This document shows positions 58,019 through 64,000 of a stretch of 64,000 nt of DNA, one piece after another (position 1 is the first letter of the stretch; each line of letters opens with the position of its first letter). The DNA is taken from positions 6,654 to 70,653 of the forward strand of contig NZ_DASXWU010000059.1 of the NCBI RefSeq assembly GCF_036503465.1, read 5' to 3'. Made by a program: the position numbers and the translations under genes. Under the pieces are notes generated by a model. That model did not search any database. It had not been told where the DNA came from and saw only the letters and a program-made list of their open reading frames with translations. The DNA is from Nocardioides sp. Lineage in GTDB: Bacteria > Actinomycetota > Actinomycetes > Propionibacteriales > Nocardioidaceae.

Positions 58019-60469
58019 ATGACCGACATCGCGAGCCTCACTCGGGAAGAAGCCGCCGAGCGAGCGGCCCTCATCAACGTCGACCGTTACGACGTGAACA
58101 TCGACCTGCGCGGCCTGTACGAGGGCGACCTGTGGGCGGCGACCTCCACGGTGTCCTTCACCTGCCGCGAGCCGGGCGCCGCCACGTTCGTGGACTGCGT
58201 GGGTGACGTCTCCGCGGTGACCCTGAACGGGCAGCCGCTCGACCCGGCGACCGCCGAGCGGGGCCGGATCCCGCTGCCCGACCTGAAGGCCGAGAACGTC
58301 CTGGTCGTCTCGCACACCCAGCCGGACACCGGCTCGGGGAACGCGATCCTGAAGACGGTCGACCCGCTCGACAAGCTCGTCTACGTCTGGGCCACCTTCG
58401 AGCCCGACCGCGCCCGCTACGCCTTCGCGTGCTTCGACCAGCCCGACCTCAAGGCGCCGCACGGCTTCGTGGTCGACGCCCACGAGAGCTGGACGGTCAC
58501 CAGCAACTCCGCACCCGACCGGGTCGAAGAACTCAACGGCGACGCCGGAGGCGGACGCCGCTGGACCTTCGGCGACACGCCCCCGCTCTCGACGTACGTC
58601 ACTGTCGTCAACGGCGGGCCGTTCCACGAGATCCGGTCACACCGTGGCGGCTACGACCTCGGGCTGCTCAGCCGGCAGTCCCTCCGCCAGTTCCTCGAAC
58701 GCGACGCCGAGGAGCTCTTCGACCTCACCGACCGCGGACTGGCCTTCTTCGGCGACAGGTTCGGCCAGCCGTTCGCGCAGGAGCGCTACGACCAGGTCTT
58801 CGTGCCGAACATGGGCGGCGCGATGGAGAACTGGGGCTCGGTCACGTGGACCGACAGCGTGCTCTACCGCAGCGCCCCGACGTACGGCCAGCGTTCGGTG
58901 CGCGCGCAGATCCTGCTGCACGAGATGGCGCACATGTGGTTCGGCGACCTGGTGACCATGCGCTGGTGGGACGACCTCTGGCTGAACGAGGCCTTCGCGT
59001 CGTGGGCCTCCAACTGGGCCGGCGTGAACTGCACCGAGTTCACCGACGAGTGGGCCACGTTCCTGGCCGGCAGCAAGATGGGCGGCTACCGGCAGGACAT
59101 GTCACCTGCCACCCACCCAATCCGCGGTGACGTCCCGAACGTCGCACAGGCGATGGCCAACTTCGACGCGATCACCTACACCAAGGGCGCCAGCGTGCTC
59201 AAGCAGCTGATGGCCTTCGTCGGCGAGGACCGGTTCGTCGAGGGGCTGCGCGACTACTTCCGCGCGTACGCCTGGGGCAACACCGAGCTCGGCGACCTGA
59301 TGTCCGCCATCGGCGACGCCTCCGGACGCGACCTGGACGGGTGGACCGTCGCCTGGCTCGACCGCGCGGGCACCGACGTGCTCAGGCTCGAGGACGGCAC
59401 GATCACCGCGGCGTCCCCCGACGACGACGAACCGCGCCCCCACCGTCTCGAGATCGGCTCGTACGCCGTGTCCGGCGGCGGCCTCGCCCTCGTCGGCACC
59501 ACCTCGGTCGAGACGTCCGGGAGATCGACCCCGGTCGAGCTCCCGAGCGCCGACCTGCACCTGTTGAACGCCGCCGACCACACCTTCGCCGCGGTCCGCC
59601 CTGACGAGGCCTCGGTGCGCGTCCTCCTCGAGCGCGCCGCCGAGCTGCCCGAGGCGGTGGACCGGGCACAGGCGGTGGTGACCGGTTTCCAGATGCTCTC
59701 CGACGGCGAGCTGACCGCGGACCAGCTGTTCGAGTGCGTGCTGGACGTGCTGGCCCGGGAGAAGAGCCCGGCCGTGGTCGAGGCGTTCCTCAGCGTCGCG
59801 CTCGAGATCGCGCAGCGCTGGAGCGCCCCGGAGCGGATCGCGCCGGCTCTCGAGCGCCTGGCCGACGTCGCCTACCGGCTGGCCGACGACCCGGACCACA
59901 CGACGCCGGCGCTGCGCACCCTGGCGGCGTCCGCCTCCTCACCCGAGCACCTCGCCCGGCTCGACGAGGCCGCCGGATCCGACGTAGACCTGGCCTGGCG
60001 GGTGGCGACGCGTCGCTCCGCGCTGGGGCAGTACGACGAGGGGTCGGTCGAGGCCCTGCTCGCCCGCGACCCCGACCCGGACGCCGGCGTGAGGGCGCTG
60101 ACCGTGCGTACGGCCCGGCCCGAGGCCGGCGCCAAGGACGAGGCCTGGGTGGAGCTCTTCGAGAAGCGCAACATCCCCGGCGGGTCGATGCTCGGAGCCA
60201 TGATCCGGGCGTTCTGGCAGCCGCAGCAGGACGACGTGCTGCTGCCGTACGCCGACCGGTTCCTCGACGAGATCCCGGCCCTCGCCGGGGGCGGCATGCT
60301 GGCCGTGTTCGGGCTCATGTTCGGGATGTTCCCGCAGGTCGCCGACGACGCGTTCGTGGAGCGGGCCCAGGACATGGCCTCCGACCCCGAGTGCGACCCG
60401 ACGGTGCGCGCGGCCCTGCTGATCGGGACCGACACGCTGACCCGGATGGAGCGGGCCCGGGCCGCGTAG
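58019..60469 (+). CDS. pepN: aminopeptidase N (M1 family)
   Basis: GAMENWG exopeptidase motif and HEMAHMWFGDLVTMRWWDDLWLNEAFA zinc motif. Confidence 0.9.
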   Translation: MTDIASLTREEAAERAALINVDRYDVNIDLRGLYEGDLWAATSTVSFTCREPGAATFVDCVGDVSAVTLNGQPLDPATAERGRIPLPDLKAENVLVVSHTQPDTGSGNAILKTVDPLDKLVYVWATFEPDRARYAFACFDQPDLKAPHGFVVDAHESWTVTSNSAPDRVEELNGDAGGGRRWTFGDTPPLSTYVTVVNGGPFHEIRSHRGGYDLGLLSRQSLRQFLERDAEELFDLTDRGLAFFGDRFGQPFAQERYDQVFVPNMGGAMENWGSVTWTDSVLYRSAPTYGQRSVRAQILLHEMAHMWFGDLVTMRWWDDLWLNEAFASWASNWAGVNCTEFTDEWATFLAGSKMGGYRQDMSPATHPIRGDVPNVAQAMANFDAITYTKGASVLKQLMAFVGEDRFVEGLRDYFRAYAWGNTELGDLMSAIGDASGRDLDGWTVAWLDRAGTDVLRLEDGTITAASPDDDEPRPHRLEIGSYAVSGGGLALVGTTSVETSGRSTPVELPSADLHLLNAADHTFAAVRPDEASVRVLLERAAELPEAVDRAQAVVTGFQMLSDGELTADQLFECVLDVLAREKSPAVVEAFLSVALEIAQRWSAPERIAPALERLADVAYRLADDPDHTTPALRTLAASASSPEHLARLDEAAGSDVDLAWRVATRRSALGQYDEGSVEALLARDPDPDAGVRALTVRTARPEAGAKDEAWVELFEKRNIPGGSMLGAMIRAFWQPQQDDVLLPYADRFLDEIPALAGGGMLAVFGLMFGMFPQVADDAFVERAQDMASDPECDPTVRAALLIGTDTLTRMERARAA

Positions 60470-60544
60470 GGACCGCTGGCACCGTCACCGGGTCTCGACA
60501 CGCGGTCACGCCAACCCCTCGTACCTCGGGGTCGGCTGCTCGCC

Positions 60545-63128
<2,584 letters not shown>

Positions 63129-63132
<4 letters not shown>

Positions 63133-64000
63133 GAGAGCCTTCCACCGAGGAGATCGTCGAGTTGGCGGCCGAGGTCGACGGCCCATTGGTGACCGATGTC
63201 GGTGGTCGAGATCGCGGCCGCGACCACGATCAGGCCGATCAGCAGGACGAGATACGCGTGCCGGGCGCGCAGCTGCCCGGAGTAGAGCATCGGGACGGCG
63301 GTCGCATCGACCAGGCGCGGGCCGACCCTGAGCCGCGTGACGTAGCCGGACCCGAGGCCGTCGCGCGGGCCGTCGAGGAACTCCTCGACGGTGCCCCGGA
63401 GGCCGACCCCGATGATCGGGGTCGCCCCGCCCGCATCGGCCAGCAGCAGCGCCGCGTCGGCCGGCGTCGCGGTGGTCTGCATCGCCACGATGCGCACACC
63501 CATCCGTTCGAACCGCTCCGAGCCGGCCCGGCCGGGGCGCGTGTCGCCTGGAGCCTCGGTGACCACGACGTCGCGGCACGCCCGCAGCGCCTTGGCCGCC
63601 GGCAGGTCCTCGGTGCGGGAGTCGATGACCACGACGTCGGGGGTGAGCCCGGCGGCGGCGGCCACCGCGAGCCCGTCAGCGGTCGAGACGACGACCGGTC
63701 TGACCTCTCTCAGGTAGCGCCGGATGCGGCGCAGCTCGGCCGCGTCGTCCGGGCCCTGAGCCACCACCACGACGGGTTGACCCCGCAGCCGGGTGCGGAG
63801 GCGCGGGACCCCCTCCCCGTGCAGGATCAACGCCTCCTCGCGACGCAGGAACTCCGCGCTGTTGTGGGTCAGCGTGCGCAGCTGGGTCGACAGCCCCGCC
63901 TCGGCGTCCGCGAGCTGCCGGGCCACGTCGTCCGGCGTCAGCTCCCGGCCTTCGGCCACCACCGCGTCCCCGGCGAGCAGGGTGCCTCCCCGGAGCACCA
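63129..64000 (-). CDS. steA: putative cytokinetic ring protein SteA (Rv1697-like), N-terminus outside the window
   Basis: C-terminal TM LVLLIGLIVVAAAIS. Synteny upstream of the MctB/SteB-like gene and pyrG. The frame is open to the window edge. Confidence 0.65.

Overview
This is a 64-kb high-GC actinobacterial chromosome segment. The taxon cannot be fixed from sequence alone; the gene order resembles the mycobacterial Rv1696-Rv1713 neighbourhood. It is almost fully coding: about 62 credible CDS, 1 tRNA and 1 IS element. I saw no rRNA, no CRISPR array and no recognisable defence system.

Layout:
(i) 0-11.3 kb is an accessory region with visibly lighter composition. It holds a membrane protein, a fatty-acid desaturase, a DUF1345-like protein and a same-strand stack of four regulators (LuxR-type, ANTAR-only, two GAF-ANTAR). 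These are followed by a decayed tyrosine-recombinase fragment beside a tRNA 3'-half remnant, then an RHH/excisionase/integrase module. An IS110-family element is wedged between the integrase and tRNA-Pro(GGG).
(ii) 11.4-23.4 kb is a housekeeping block: HtrA-like protease, OsmC, LysE, der, plsC, cmk, tyrA, aroH, rluB, scpB, scpA, a small RHH-like protein and a ParA/PldP-like ATPase.
(iii) 23.7-39.7 kb is a myo-inositol catabolic supercluster. One 11-kb operon runs iolE-iolC-aldolase-iolB-iolD-ABC transporter-oxidoreductase-iolG, with a divergent GntR/IolR-like repressor. A second coupled operon encodes ROK kinase, PhyH dioxygenase, inositol dehydrogenase and SDR.
(iv) 39.8-51.2 kb holds a DrrAB-like ABC-2 exporter, a 1062-aa AfsR/SARP-NB-ARC-TPR regulator, an acyl-CoA ligase and a cvnABCD conservon.
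(v) 51.2-64 kb holds xerD, ald, a dipeptidase, a NUDIX hydrolase, an amino-acid ABC transporter, pepN, pyrG, an MctB/SteB-like protein and steA (partial).

Many ORF-track entries are high-GC artefacts or carry spurious N-terminal extensions. I re-set starts using RBS motifs and the pervasive ATGA/GTGA stop-start overlaps.

Items most worth a second look:
- the helically phased TGTGCACA box array plus ParA-like ATPase plus RHH-like partner
- the ANTAR/LuxR regulator stack with long flanking untranslated regions
- the IS110-family element with split sub-terminal inverted repeats and a 453-nt structured non-coding tail (bridge-RNA candidate)
- the ROK-PhyH-dehydrogenase-SDR operon attached to the iol locus

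None of these is proven novel from sequence alone.
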